A stretch of DNA of 64,000 nucleotides from Candidatus Hydrogenedentota bacterium (GTDB lineage: Bacteria > Hydrogenedentota > Hydrogenedentia > Hydrogenedentales > JAEUWI01), in NCBI GenBank assembly GCA_034669905.1, contig JAXMOL010000019.1:32001-96000 (forward strand). Reading direction: 5' to 3'. The position numbers and the translations under genes are program-made. The notes under the pieces are model-generated. The model did no database searches. It was not told where the DNA came from and saw only the letters and a list, made by a program, of their open reading frames with translations. This document shows, in pieces, positions 50,757-62,026 of the stretch. Position 1 is the first letter of the stretch, and every line of letters starts with the position of its first letter.

Positions 50757-51639
50757 CCCCGAGCGAATTGGCCGCCAACTCATTCTCAGACGCCTGGTGA
50801 CCAGGCGGGTGCAGGGTCCATTCCTCCTCGTAGACCAGGGGCGCCCCCACATTAACCCCGGTCTGGGTGCCCTCCAGGGCCAACTGGCTGGTGAGACTGG
50901 CGTCGTCTACCAGGGCTACGATTTGAAGGGGGGCCGACGAATCCTCCCCCGCACTGTGCATGCGGCCCCTGCGGGACCAGGTTCCAAAGGGGCTCTCCAC
51001 CGAGGTGGGCCCGCCGAGGGTCTTCAATACGACATGAGAGCGCCCTTTCCGCCGGGCGAGCTCGATCCGGTAGTCGGAGCCGGAAGATGCCACGAAGTCC
51101 GTAAAGCCCGGAAAGGCACCCCGAAGGAGCTGAAGCCCCCCTTCCGGGCGAGGCGGTATCACGAGGGAGGCGCCCCAGGGTATCTGGGCTGTTACGCGAA
51201 TGGTAACGGACCGTTCCTCCTTGCGGGAGGACAGCACGGACACCCGGTAGGTAACCCGGGCCTCGTCGCCGTAGAGCCGGTATTCCTTTTTCAGCTGCAG
51301 ATCAGAGCGGGGACTCTTCGGGCCCATGAGCAGGAGATAATTGGGACGGTGAACCACCACGGAGGCAGGCCCCCGGCGCAGGACGGCATCGGCTTCGCTC
51401 ACGGGCAACACATCGGTCATGATACCGCCCGGTTGCACCAGGCCCGGCTCATTGTATTGCCGTTCGGTCAGGTAGAGGGGATCCACAAAATTGGGCCCCC
51501 CCGGACGTCCCAGGTATCGGATAGAGTAGGTGCGGGGCTCCACCTCCAGTCGGATGGCATCGTTTTCCAAGACGACGCCCGCCGCTCCGAAGGGCAGCCA
51601 GAAGGCTGTCAGCCATGGAACGATGGAAAGGGCACCCAC
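50740..51639 (-). CDS. hypothetical secreted protein, beta-rich (possibly galactose-mutarotase-like/DUF4380-like)
   Basis: Hydrophobic N-terminus, then VLENDAIRLEV..., C-terminal YEEEWTL; overlaps the permease. Fold assignment is a guess. Confidence 0.6.
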   Translation of the reverse strand: MGALSIVPWLTAFWLPFGAAGVVLENDAIRLEVEPRTYSIRYLGRPGGPNFVDPLYLTERQYNEPGLVQPGGIMTDVLPVSEADAVLRRGPASVVVHRPNYLLLMGPKSPRSDLQLKKEYRLYGDEARVTYRVSVLSSRKEERSVTIRVTAQIPWGASLVIPPRPEGGLQLLRGAFPGFTDFVASSGSDYRIELARRKGRSHVVLKTLGGPTSVESPFGTWSRRGRMHSAGEDSSAPLQIVALVDDASLTSQLALEGTQTGVNVGAPLVYEEEWTLHPPGHQASENELAANSLGDERDF

Positions 51640-51741
51640 GAAGCGAATCCCTGTTGGTTGTAACGGAGCTCATGCAATCGCTCCCTCCATTCTACGATGC
51701 GTGGACGCGGGGAACAAGGGCGAAATTCCCGTAATACCGGC

Positions 51742-51770
51742 TTGCAATAGGCTTTTTCGCATGCTAGCAT
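51742..51770 (+). promoter_or_regulatory. sigma70-type promoter for cysK
   Basis: TTGCAA-17-TAGCAT with extended -10 TG. Confidence 0.55.
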
Positions 51771-51912
51771 TGCACCAATATTGCGCAACTCGGCACTGCA
51801 ATTCAGCAGTTTCGAGGAGGGATTCGAGGGATCGTCTTCCGGAAGAGTCTGGCGTGCGCGCCTGGGTGCCCCTTTTCCGACCCGATCAACAAAACAATGA
51901 GGATCTGTGGAC

Positions 51913-52845
51913 ATGCCTGTCTTTGAGGACAATAGCCGAAGCATCGGCAACACGCCGTTGGTAAAATTACATAAACTGGCCGCCGGACTGAAGACCGAGA
52001 AAGTCTACGCCAAAATCGAAGGGCGAAATCCCGCCTATTCCGTCAAGTGCCGCATTGGCGCGGCCATGATTTGGGACGCAGAAGAGCGTGGCATCCTCCA
52101 GCCCGGGGGCACCATTGTAGAGCCCACGTCGGGCAATACCGGCATCGCGCTGGCCTTCGTGGCCGCCGCCCGTGGCTACAAGCTGATTCTCACCATGCCC
52201 GAGACCATGAGCCTGGAACGGCGCAGTATGCTGAAGGCCTTTGGTGCCGATCTCGTGCTTACACCAGGCGACAAGGGCATGCCGGGCGCAATTGCCGAAG
52301 CCGAAAAGATCGCGGCCGAGAATCCCGATTATTTTCTCCCCCAACAGTTTAAGAACCCGGCCAATCCGGCCATCCACCAGAAGACTACCGGGCCGGAAAT
52401 CTGGAATGATACGGACGGTGACGTCGATGTCTTTGTCGCGGGCGTCGGCACCGGCGGCACCATAACGGGCGTCTCCCGTTTCTTCAAGAATGACAAGGGC
52501 AAGCAGATTGAAGTGGTTGCTGTTGAGCCCGAGAATTCCCCGGTGATGGGTGGCGGAAGCCCCGGTAAGCACAAGGTTCAGGGTATTGGTGCAGGCTTCA
52601 TTCCGGACATTCTGGATATGGACCTCATTGATAAGATCGAGACCATTACGGATGACGAAGCCTTCTCTACGGCGCGGCGCCTTGCCCAGGAAGAGGGCAT
52701 CATCTGCGGCATCAGTTGTGGTGCCGCGGCGGCGGTCGCTCTCCGACTTGCGAATCAGGAAGCCTATGCGGGCAAGACCATTGTGGTGGTGTTGCCTGAC
52801 TCCGGGGAACGCTACCTCTCCACCCCCCTCTTTCAAGAGAACTAA
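51913..52845 (+). CDS. cysK: cysteine synthase A
   Basis: [47 protein letters not shown]. Confidence 0.97.
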   Translation: MPVFEDNSRSIGNTPLVKLHKLAAGLKTEKVYAKIEGRNPAYSVKCRIGAAMIWDAEERGILQPGGTIVEPTSGNTGIALAFVAAARGYKLILTMPETMSLERRSMLKAFGADLVLTPGDKGMPGAIAEAEKIAAENPDYFLPQQFKNPANPAIHQKTTGPEIWNDTDGDVDVFVAGVGTGGTITGVSRFFKNDKGKQIEVVAVEPENSPVMGGGSPGKHKVQGIGAGFIPDILDMDLIDKIETITDDEAFSTARRLAQEEGIICGISCGAAAAVALRLANQEAYAGKTIVVVLPDSGERYLSTPLFQEN

Positions 52846-52859
52846 TGGGGCACACGTAA

Positions 52860-54263
<1,404 letters not shown>

Positions 54264-54388
54264 CACGATTGGCGGGGACTTAATCACCTCCGCCCCGGCA
54301 CCGGAATGAACTCGCTGACCGGGCGGCAATATGGCCGCCCGGTTCTGAATACTCCCCGCCAGGGGGCCGCGTTTAAGGAATTGAATTT

Positions 54389-56215
54389 ATGGCAGATGCT
54401 GCATCGGTCGGGATTGTAACGCCCCAGTTTTACACCTTTGCGGAAGCACCGCACGAACTTGAGTTGGAGTGTGGTGTCCGGTTGGGTCCCATCACGTTGG
54501 CCTACGAAACCTATGGCACCCTCAATGAAACCGGCTCCAATGCCATCTTGATTACCCACGCCCTTTCGGGCGATGCGCACGTGGCGGGGCTGCATCACGA
54601 GGAGGACGCCAAGCCCGGCTGGTGGGATTCCATGGTGGGCCCCGGAAAAGCCTTTGATACCAATCGCTACTTCGTGGTGTGCTCCAATGTCCTCGGGGGC
54701 TGTCGGGGCACGACCGGCCCTGCGGCCATCAATCCGGCCACGGGCAAGGCCTATGGATTGGACTTCCCCGTCATCACGATTGGCGACATGGTCCAGGCGC
54801 AGCGCCATCTTGTTGACCACCTGGGCATCGATACCTTGCTGGCCGTGGCCGGTGGCTCTATGGGGGGCATGCAGGCCCTGGAATGGGCCACCCGCTACCC
54901 CGACCGGGTCGGCTCTGCCATGATTATCGCGTCTACCCATACGAGTGGAGCCCAGCAGATCGCCTTTGATGCGGTGGGCCGCCACGCCATCCAGGGCGAC
55001 AAGGATTTTCAGAACGGCGATTATTACGGCACCGAGGGTCCTTCTCAGGGGCTGGCCATCGCGCGGATGCTCGCCCACATCACCTATCTTTCCGACGAAT
55101 CGATGCGGCTCAAGTTTGGACGCAATCTTCGCAGTGCCGATCAGCTCAAGTACGATTTTGACAGCGAGTTCGCGGTGGAAACCTACCTGGATTACCAGGG
55201 CGAGCAATTTGTTAACCGCTTTGATGCCAACACCTATCTCTACGTCACCAAGGCGATGGACTATTTCGATATTGCGTCGCGCTTCGGCTCCCTGGATGAA
55301 GCGATGAAGGTGATTACGAGTAAGATCCTGGTCCTCTCCTTCTCTTCGGACTGGCTCTACCCACCCTATTTTTCCGAGGATATCGTCTACGCCCTCGCCC
55401 GACAGCGCAAGAACGTAACCTACTGTAATATCCAGTCGGCCTATGGCCATGACGCCTTTCTATTGGAAGTCAATGTGCTGTCCAAGATCATCGGTGGCTT
55501 CCTGGACCATATGAAGAACCCGGATCTGGTGCGCAGTGTGCAAAACCTGGTTTCCGACTCAGAAACCGATGTGCCCCCCCCTTCTGCCGCGCAGGAAAAC
55601 ATTTACGAAGGCCACCGTGTCGACTATGACATGATCACCAACCTCGTGGAAGAAGACAGCCGGGTCCTCGACATCGGCTGCGGCGACGGGGCCTTGCTCG
55701 CACAGCTCGTCCGGACCAAGAACGTTCAGGGGATGGGACTCGAGTTGGCCCAGGGCAGTGTGGTCACCTGCGTGCGCCGGGGCATCTCGGTGGTGCAGGC
55801 GGACATCGACAAGGGGCTCAGTGCCTTGCCGGACCAGAGCTTTGACTACGTCATTTTAAGCATGACCCTCCAGGTCATCAAGAAGCCTGACCTGGCACTC
55901 CGCGAAATGCTGCGGGTCGGTAAGAAGTGTATCGTCAGCTTTCCCAATTTCGGGCATTGGCGGGTACGTTGGATTACCTTTTTTGAGGGGCGGGCCCCCG
56001 TTACACGAAACCTGCCGTACGCGTGGTATCAGACCCCCAACCGACATGTATTGGCCATCGATGATTTCCGCAAGATGTGTCGGACCCTGAACGCCGAGAT
56101 CGAGAAGGAGATCCCCCTGTATTCCCAGGGCGAAGCGACCTTCTGGCCCAATCTCTTCGCCGAAGAAGCCCTCTATCTGCTTGCATCCTCCGAAAAGGCG
56201 GCCGACCCGGACTGA
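54389..56215 (+). CDS. metX: homoserine O-acyltransferase MetX fused to a MetW methyltransferase-like domain
   Basis: HALSGD, GGSMGG, RFDAN, GHDAFL; C-terminal VLDIGCGDG...SFPNFGHW...LPYAWYQTPN...PNLFAE (MetW). Confidence 0.93.
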   Translation: MADAASVGIVTPQFYTFAEAPHELELECGVRLGPITLAYETYGTLNETGSNAILITHALSGDAHVAGLHHEEDAKPGWWDSMVGPGKAFDTNRYFVVCSNVLGGCRGTTGPAAINPATGKAYGLDFPVITIGDMVQAQRHLVDHLGIDTLLAVAGGSMGGMQALEWATRYPDRVGSAMIIASTHTSGAQQIAFDAVGRHAIQGDKDFQNGDYYGTEGPSQGLAIARMLAHITYLSDESMRLKFGRNLRSADQLKYDFDSEFAVETYLDYQGEQFVNRFDANTYLYVTKAMDYFDIASRFGSLDEAMKVITSKILVLSFSSDWLYPPYFSEDIVYALARQRKNVTYCNIQSAYGHDAFLLEVNVLSKIIGGFLDHMKNPDLVRSVQNLVSDSETDVPPPSAAQENIYEGHRVDYDMITNLVEEDSRVLDIGCGDGALLAQLVRTKNVQGMGLELAQGSVVTCVRRGISVVQADIDKGLSALPDQSFDYVILSMTLQVIKKPDLALREMLRVGKKCIVSFPNFGHWRVRWITFFEGRAPVTRNLPYAWYQTPNRHVLAIDDFRKMCRTLNAEIEKEIPLYSQGEATFWPNLFAEEALYLLASSEKAADPD

Positions 56216-56218
56216 CCG

Positions 56219-58147
56219 TCAGCCCCGTTTCGCTTCCAGTTCTTCCCACCGGGCGAAGAGGGACTCGACCTGATCCTGGGCAGCCTTGAGCGCGTTCAAT
56301 TCCGCCTGCACGGCTTCGTGCCCCTTCTCGTAGAAGTCGGGGGCCTGAATGGACGCCTCCAAGGCCTCCACCGTCGCCTCGGCCTCGGCGATAGCACGTT
56401 CCATATTGCCCAGTTCCTGCTTCTCTTTGTAGCTCAGCCGGGCCGGTGCACTCTTTCGTGGGGCCCCCGAACTCTCCGCCGCTTTGACCTTGGCTTTTGC
56501 CACGGCCTTCTCGTCGGCCGCCCTTCGCTCCCGGTAGAGTACGTAGTCGTCATAGTTACCCACAATGACCACCACTTCACCATCGGGTTCAAAGACCAGC
56601 ATATGGGTGCAGACCCGGTTGAGGAAGTAGCGATCGTGGCTCACGATCATGGCACAGCCGGAAAAGCCGTCGATGGTCTCTTCGAGCACCCGCAGGGTGT
56701 AGAGGTCCAGATCGTTGGTCGGTTCGTCGAGAATGAGAAAGTTGCCGCCATGAAGGAGCTTTTTCACCATATCGAGGCGATTAAATTCACCGCCGGAAAG
56801 CCGCCCGATGGGCATCTCCAGGGCATTCGCATCGAAGAGGAAGTTCCCCAGGTAGGCGGGAATGTAGACCCGGCGTTTGTTCACTTCCCAATAGCGGGCG
56901 CCATCGGCCACGTGATCGATGATACTCATCGAGCGATCGACCTCATCATGATTCTGATCGACGTAGAGGAAGCGGGTATTCTCCCCGATAATAACCTTGC
57001 CCTTCTTGGGCCTGGCCTTCCCCATGAGTACCTTCAACAGCGTCGTTTTGCCGGCACCATTGGGCCCCACGATGCCCACCCGCATATCGGCCTGCATGGT
57101 CAAGGTGAAGTTGCGAATCAGCGTGCGCCCTTCGATAGCGTAGGTGATATCGCGGGCTTCCAGGATGGTCTTCCCCAATCGCTCGGGCTCGGGGATTTCA
57201 AAGACAAATTCACGGTGTTTCTGCGGAGGCCCCTGCTCCTGAACATCCATCAGGCGGTCAATGCGCGCTTTCTGCTTGGTGCTTCGTGCCTTGGCCCCCC
57301 GTTTGTACCACGCCAGTTCCCGCCGGATGAGCGCCTGGCGATTGGATTCGGTGCGCCCTTCACTCAACTCCACCTGGCACTTGTACTCCAGAAACTTCGC
57401 GTAGGTGCCCGGAAAAGAGTAAAGGCGATTGAACTCAATTTCAACAATACGGTTTACGATCCGGTCAAGAAAGTACCGGTCGTGGGTAACGAGCACACAG
57501 CTGCCCTCGTACTGCTCGAGAAAGCGTTCAATCCACTCCACGCTCTGGGTATCGATGTGGTTGGTAGGTTCGTCAAGAATGAGCACGTCGGGACGGTGAA
57601 GCAGCTTGTGCGCCAGGTCCACACGCCTCAACTCCCCCCCCGACAGGGAATTGAGCGGCCGGTCATCGTCGACCAGCCCCAGGGCCATGCGGATCCGGTT
57701 GATCTCCAGATCGAGCCCCCAGTCATTGGCCAGATCGATGGCATGCTGAAGCTCGTGGGTGCTATGGGCTAGCTCTTCGTGCTCCGGACTTCCGTCGGGC
57801 AGGGTCGAAAGCACTTCAAGTTGACGGTGATACTCGTCCACGCGGGCCTGTCGATCTGCGACCGCCGAGTCCAATGCTTCGCGAACCGTCCAGTTTTCCG
57901 GAAGGGGGCATTGCTGCTGGAGCAGGGCCACGGCGACGCCCTGACGTACGACCACTTCACCTTCATCGGGTTCGATGAGGCCCGCCATAATCTTGAGAAG
58001 CGTGGATTTTCCACAGCCGTTCCGGCCGATAAGCCCAACCCGGTCACCTTCGTGCACGGTAACGGACATTTCATTTAAGACAGGTTGAGAACCAAAACTA
58101 TGGGTCACTTCCTGGACGCTCAAAACCGCCTTGGGGGCATGGGACAT
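56219..58147 (-). CDS. ABC-F family ATPase (Uup-like)
   Basis: Two ABC domains (GRNGCGKS/LDEPTNH; GPNGAGKT/LDEPTND), KARSTKQKARI linker, C-terminal LSYKEKQEL...RWEELE. Confidence 0.93.
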   Translation of the reverse strand: MSHAPKAVLSVQEVTHSFGSQPVLNEMSVTVHEGDRVGLIGRNGCGKSTLLKIMAGLIEPDEGEVVVRQGVAVALLQQQCPLPENWTVREALDSAVADRQARVDEYHRQLEVLSTLPDGSPEHEELAHSTHELQHAIDLANDWGLDLEINRIRMALGLVDDDRPLNSLSGGELRRVDLAHKLLHRPDVLILDEPTNHIDTQSVEWIERFLEQYEGSCVLVTHDRYFLDRIVNRIVEIEFNRLYSFPGTYAKFLEYKCQVELSEGRTESNRQALIRRELAWYKRGAKARSTKQKARIDRLMDVQEQGPPQKHREFVFEIPEPERLGKTILEARDITYAIEGRTLIRNFTLTMQADMRVGIVGPNGAGKTTLLKVLMGKARPKKGKVIIGENTRFLYVDQNHDEVDRSMSIIDHVADGARYWEVNKRRVYIPAYLGNFLFDANALEMPIGRLSGGEFNRLDMVKKLLHGGNFLILDEPTNDLDLYTLRVLEETIDGFSGCAMIVSHDRYFLNRVCTHMLVFEPDGEVVVIVGNYDDYVLYRERRAADEKAVAKAKVKAAESSGAPRKSAPARLSYKEKQELGNMERAIAEAEATVEALEASIQAPDFYEKGHEAVQAELNALKAAQDQVESLFARWEELEAKRG

Positions 58148-58261
58148 AATAGACTACTCTCAGGGATGGGGAAAAGATAAACGCGGTAACATACACCGTT
58201 TGGGCATGGAGATGCAAAAGTCACGGCGTTTATTCCGCCATACCTCCCCTCTGAATGGCGA

Positions 58262-58954
58262 CTAACCGTGCAGCCACTCCGCAATCACCTGGACCGCCTC
58301 TGCCGGAATAACATGTTCGCCATCGAAATAATAGCAGGTGGGAGGATGACCGACGTTTCGCAGTACTTGTTCGGCCTCCTCCGCCTTGCTGAACGGCACG
58401 ATCCCATCGCTTTTCCCGTGCACGAGCAGGACTGGGAGCTGTTCCGCCGCGGAGATGGCCCCGTGCACATCGGCGGGCAAGTCTCCCCCGCACGCAATGA
58501 TACCGGCTACCGGGCGACCACCCAACAGGTGGTAACGATAGGCGATGGATACCCCCTGGCTGAAGCCCAGGATATAGGGTGCTATCGTAAGGCCCGTGTT
58601 GGCCTTCACCTCCTTCAAGACCTTATCGATAAGAGCAATCAGGTTGACCATCGCCCGATTGCGGTCATAGGTGGTCAGCCAGGAAAATCCGACTTTCCGG
58701 GTCGTCATGTCCAGATACATCTGGTGAGGCCCCTGGGGCGCGACCACCAGGATATTCTCTTCTTTGAGCGCACTAAAGCGACGGAGGAATGACCGACAGT
58801 TTTGTCCCCAGCCATGAAGGACGCAGAGCAATCGGGTATCCGAATTGATGCCCCCTGTGGGCTCCTGAATGGCATAGTATGCCGTCCCCTGAACAGGGAC
58901 CGCCGAAACGCCGGCGGGTGTGTCCCACTCGGGAACGCCGCGAAATGCCTTCAC
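58262..58954 (-). CDS. phospholipase/carboxylesterase family alpha/beta hydrolase
   Basis: LHGWGQ, GFSQG, HGKSD, GEH; intact triad. Confidence 0.88.
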   Translation of the reverse strand: MKAFRGVPEWDTPAGVSAVPVQGTAYYAIQEPTGGINSDTRLLCVLHGWGQNCRSFLRRFSALKEENILVVAPQGPHQMYLDMTTRKVGFSWLTTYDRNRAMVNLIALIDKVLKEVKANTGLTIAPYILGFSQGVSIAYRYHLLGGRPVAGIIACGGDLPADVHGAISAAEQLPVLLVHGKSDGIVPFSKAEEAEQVLRNVGHPPTCYYFDGEHVIPAEAVQVIAEWLHG

Positions 58955-58978
58955 AGGTACAACTCCTTCCTGGCCTAT

Positions 58979-59009
58979 AAGAAAGGCCGCCCGTTAGTCG
59001 CGGGCGGCC
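58979..59009 (-). terminator. intrinsic terminator after pilQ
   Basis: Minus strand GGCCGCCCG-N7-CGGGCGGCC followed by TTTCTT. Confidence 0.7.
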
Positions 59010-59033
59010 GGTGTATACGAATCAATTCAAGCG

Positions 59034-61484
59034 CTACTTGGAGTGCTTGCGCCATTTCCAGGCGGGGTCACGCATTTCGCTGGGATAGACCGCATCGTGA
59101 ATAAGCGCGGTCTCCGCACTCACTTCGAGACGGGCGTCCCGGACTTGCTCCACCCGTTCCTGCTGGTAGGCAGTCATCGGTACGTCGTCATCGAGCACCG
59201 TGCACGTCAGAAAGATAAGCAGTTCGTTGACGGTCTCACTCCGCTGGTTGGAGCGGAAGAGGAAGTTCATTACGGGCACGTCACCCAACACGGGCACTTT
59301 TCGGATGCTGACCGTGTCGTTATTCTTGCGCAGTCCACCGACGTAGATGGTCTGGCCACTGGCGATATGGGGCGTGGTCTCAATCTGACGCTTGTCTTCC
59401 ACCGGAATGCCATTGACCTCCTGCGACGAGGTACTTTCCTTCGCAAGAATCTTGGCGATAATGTGGTTGTCATGGGTGACCGTAGGCGTCACGGTCAACT
59501 CCGTACCAATCGGCTTGAATTCCGTGCTCGTCTGCTGACCACCCTGCTCGGTTTGCGTCAACTCCACGTAGGGAATCTCGGACGCGATGAGGATAGTGGC
59601 TGGCTGGTTTTCCACCGTAATCAGCTTGGGGTTGGATAACAACGTGGAATTGTTGTTCCGCACCTCGGCCTGGATTACGCCACGCCAATCTATGTCGCCA
59701 GACAGAATACCGAAATTAAGCAGTCCGGCCGCATCGCCAATACTGAGATTGGAGTCGAGGCTCAATTCCTGCAGATTGCCGGTAAAGATGCCCGTGTTAC
59801 CCGCTGCGTCCCGACGGCTTTGGCTCTGAACGGCACTGATTAGCCAGTCTACGCCGGTATCGGCCGCATCGGTAAGGGTTACGTCAACAATGAGTCCCTC
59901 GATAGCCACCGACTTGGCAGGAATATCGAGCTGCTCAACGAGGGCGGTAATCTGCTCGACGATGATCGGGATATCCGTAACCACCAGGATGCGCGCGCGC
60001 TGGTCGACCGTAACCTGGCCCACTTCCTTCGTGAGGATGCCTTCAATGACAGCGAGCATGTCGTCGGGATCTGCATAGTTCAGTTTGATGGGCATGGTCA
60101 CCGTCGGCAGGACCATTTGCTCGACGTCCAGCCGTTTGGCCATACGCACCAGCGGCTCAATCTGATCCACGGGACCAGAAACAATGATGGTACTCGCGAT
60201 CTTGTTGGCGGAAATGCTGATCAGGGATTCGTATTCGGAACCCGTAATTACGTCTTCCAACGTCTTCTTGATTTCTTCCGCATCCGAATTCTCAATATCG
60301 ACCACTTCCGTCCGACGGTCCGCGGCGATAGCTTCGAGGTAGGGCTTGATGTGATAGATGCCTTCCTCTTCGACAATACCGAGGCCATTGACGCGCAGGG
60401 CGGTTTCCATCGCCTGCTTCAGCGGTACGTTCTTAAGATTCAGGGAAACCGTACCCTGCAGGTTCTCACCGGCGACCACATTGATCTGGGCCATGCCGGC
60501 CAGGATTTGAACGGCATTGATAAGGTTCATATCCCGGAAGTCGATGGTCACGGGCTGCTGCATGGGGTCGCCCCGCCATACCTTCCGGGGCGCAACCTCG
60601 GGGGCCTCGCCCAGAGGGGGCGCTTCGGCAGCAATCATTTGCTTGGCCAATTCGCGGTTGGCTTCGACGCTCTTCGGCGCCTGAGGCTCGCGGGCCGTTG
60701 GCGGTGTAACCGGTTCTTCTTCCTCTACGGCACTTTCTGCTTCCTCGACGACGGGCGCTTCTTCCGTTGCGGGTGCTTCGGCGGTATCTTCATCCTGAGC
60801 GGCGAAGGCGACAGAATTATAGGCGGTGACGTTAACGTCGGCCTCTCGGACCGAACGCAACATCGCTTTCATCTCGTCCCGGGAAGAACCACGCCACCAA
60901 TCCTGGCGCTCCGATTCCTGCTCCGTAGCCGCGACGGCCAGCAGGTCCGCTTTCAGCGCCTGTTCCCGCGTCGGCTTGGTCACTTGCATGACGGGATAGG
61001 GCGTGGCGATTACGTTCAACGTAAATTCGTCGCTGCCACTACGAAGCACGACGGACATTCCATCGGGCGTTTCGTGCGTTTCGACTTCCGCCGCCTGCGC
61101 GAGCGTCAGATCGATTCGGGCCTCCGTCTCGTGTCCCCAGGTCGACTCGATGAGATTGAGCGAGGCCAGGAGCTTGTCCCCCACCTCAACCACGCCCGCC
61201 ATATCGGCCGGGATACGACTGTTCATCAACAGCAACCGACGCGTGTCGGGTTCCGCTCCTTCGGCGATCAGCAGGCCCTGAACGGATTCCACGTGGAGAT
61301 CCAGATGATTGGCTCCCGCGGTCGGTCCGTTTACCCGGTGAACCGTTGCACACGGCTGGGCCTTACTTGATGTCGCTACCGTATCGCTGTCCGCCTGTGC
61401 GGAGCCGGAACGGAGCATTGGTGCCATGCTGAGAAGCACCGTCAGGACGATAATAACCCTGGCATTCCATCGCTTCCTGGTCAT
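59034..61484 (-). CDS. pilQ: type IV pilus secretin PilQ-like
   Basis: STN/N domains (VTIDFRD, LKNVP), secretin core (SNPKLITVEN, KVPVLGDVP...LFR, ELLIFLT); last gene of pilMNOPQ. Confidence 0.9.
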   Translation of the reverse strand: MTRKRWNARVIIVLTVLLSMAPMLRSGSAQADSDTVATSSKAQPCATVHRVNGPTAGANHLDLHVESVQGLLIAEGAEPDTRRLLLMNSRIPADMAGVVEVGDKLLASLNLIESTWGHETEARIDLTLAQAAEVETHETPDGMSVVLRSGSDEFTLNVIATPYPVMQVTKPTREQALKADLLAVAATEQESERQDWWRGSSRDEMKAMLRSVREADVNVTAYNSVAFAAQDEDTAEAPATEEAPVVEEAESAVEEEEPVTPPTAREPQAPKSVEANRELAKQMIAAEAPPLGEAPEVAPRKVWRGDPMQQPVTIDFRDMNLINAVQILAGMAQINVVAGENLQGTVSLNLKNVPLKQAMETALRVNGLGIVEEEGIYHIKPYLEAIAADRRTEVVDIENSDAEEIKKTLEDVITGSEYESLISISANKIASTIIVSGPVDQIEPLVRMAKRLDVEQMVLPTVTMPIKLNYADPDDMLAVIEGILTKEVGQVTVDQRARILVVTDIPIIVEQITALVEQLDIPAKSVAIEGLIVDVTLTDAADTGVDWLISAVQSQSRRDAAGNTGIFTGNLQELSLDSNLSIGDAAGLLNFGILSGDIDWRGVIQAEVRNNNSTLLSNPKLITVENQPATILIASEIPYVELTQTEQGGQQTSTEFKPIGTELTVTPTVTHDNHIIAKILAKESTSSQEVNGIPVEDKRQIETTPHIASGQTIYVGGLRKNNDTVSIRKVPVLGDVPVMNFLFRSNQRSETVNELLIFLTCTVLDDDVPMTAYQQERVEQVRDARLEVSAETALIHDAVYPSEMRDPAWKWRKHSK

Positions 61485-61486
61485 AT

Positions 61487-62026
61487 TTATAGCTCCTTCA
61501 GCTCTACGGGAATTTCAGCGTCGCCCCACTTGAACCAAACCCGTTTTGGCTCAATTTTTGTCAAGACGACGCCATCCGCATACTGATGTCCTTCTGAGAC
61601 AACTTCATCATCGATCACCGCGACCGGTGCATACTCGTTATAGACAATCCCGGTCACGCTCTTCTCGGCGATTTCCATGGTACTTGCCGGTCCGATGGGC
61701 GTAAGCCCTTCCAGCTGGGTCCGAATTCGCCCGACCAAGGGGGTCATGGGGCTCCGGCTAATCCGGTTTTCTTCGTAGCGAAAGGTCACTACATCGACTT
61801 TCTCGCGCAATTCATCGAGGTCCACGTCGACTTTTTTGAGTCGGGTCGGCGCAACGGTCGGGCGGGCCACCGGGGCGTTAGACGCCGTTTGCGTCCCCCC
61901 CGAATTGGAGGAGCTCGGAGGCGTCCCGGTACCGCCTGCAATGGCGAATTGATACACCAGCACGATCACCAGGACAACGCCCAGTACACCGGCCATGATA
62001 ACCTGTTTTTTATTTTCCTGGTTCAT
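61487..62026 (-). CDS. PilP-position protein (PilP-like)
   Basis: N-terminal TM, RSPM motif (cf. RDPF), beta-rich C-terminus (VTGIV...AVID); lies between pilO and pilQ. Confidence 0.7.
   Translation of the reverse strand: MNQENKKQVIMAGVLGVVLVIVLVYQFAIAGGTGTPPSSSNSGGTQTASNAPVARPTVAPTRLKKVDVDLDELREKVDVVTFRYEENRISRSPMTPLVGRIRTQLEGLTPIGPASTMEIAEKSVTGIVYNEYAPVAVIDDEVVSEGHQYADGVVLTKIEPKRVWFKWGDAEIPVELKEL

Noticed and set aside
51848..51866. CTGGCG...CGCCTGGG as a ZTP riboswitch
   Set aside because: The two elements form a simple local hairpin, the intervening P1/P2 architecture is missing, and the gene context (cysK) does not fit.
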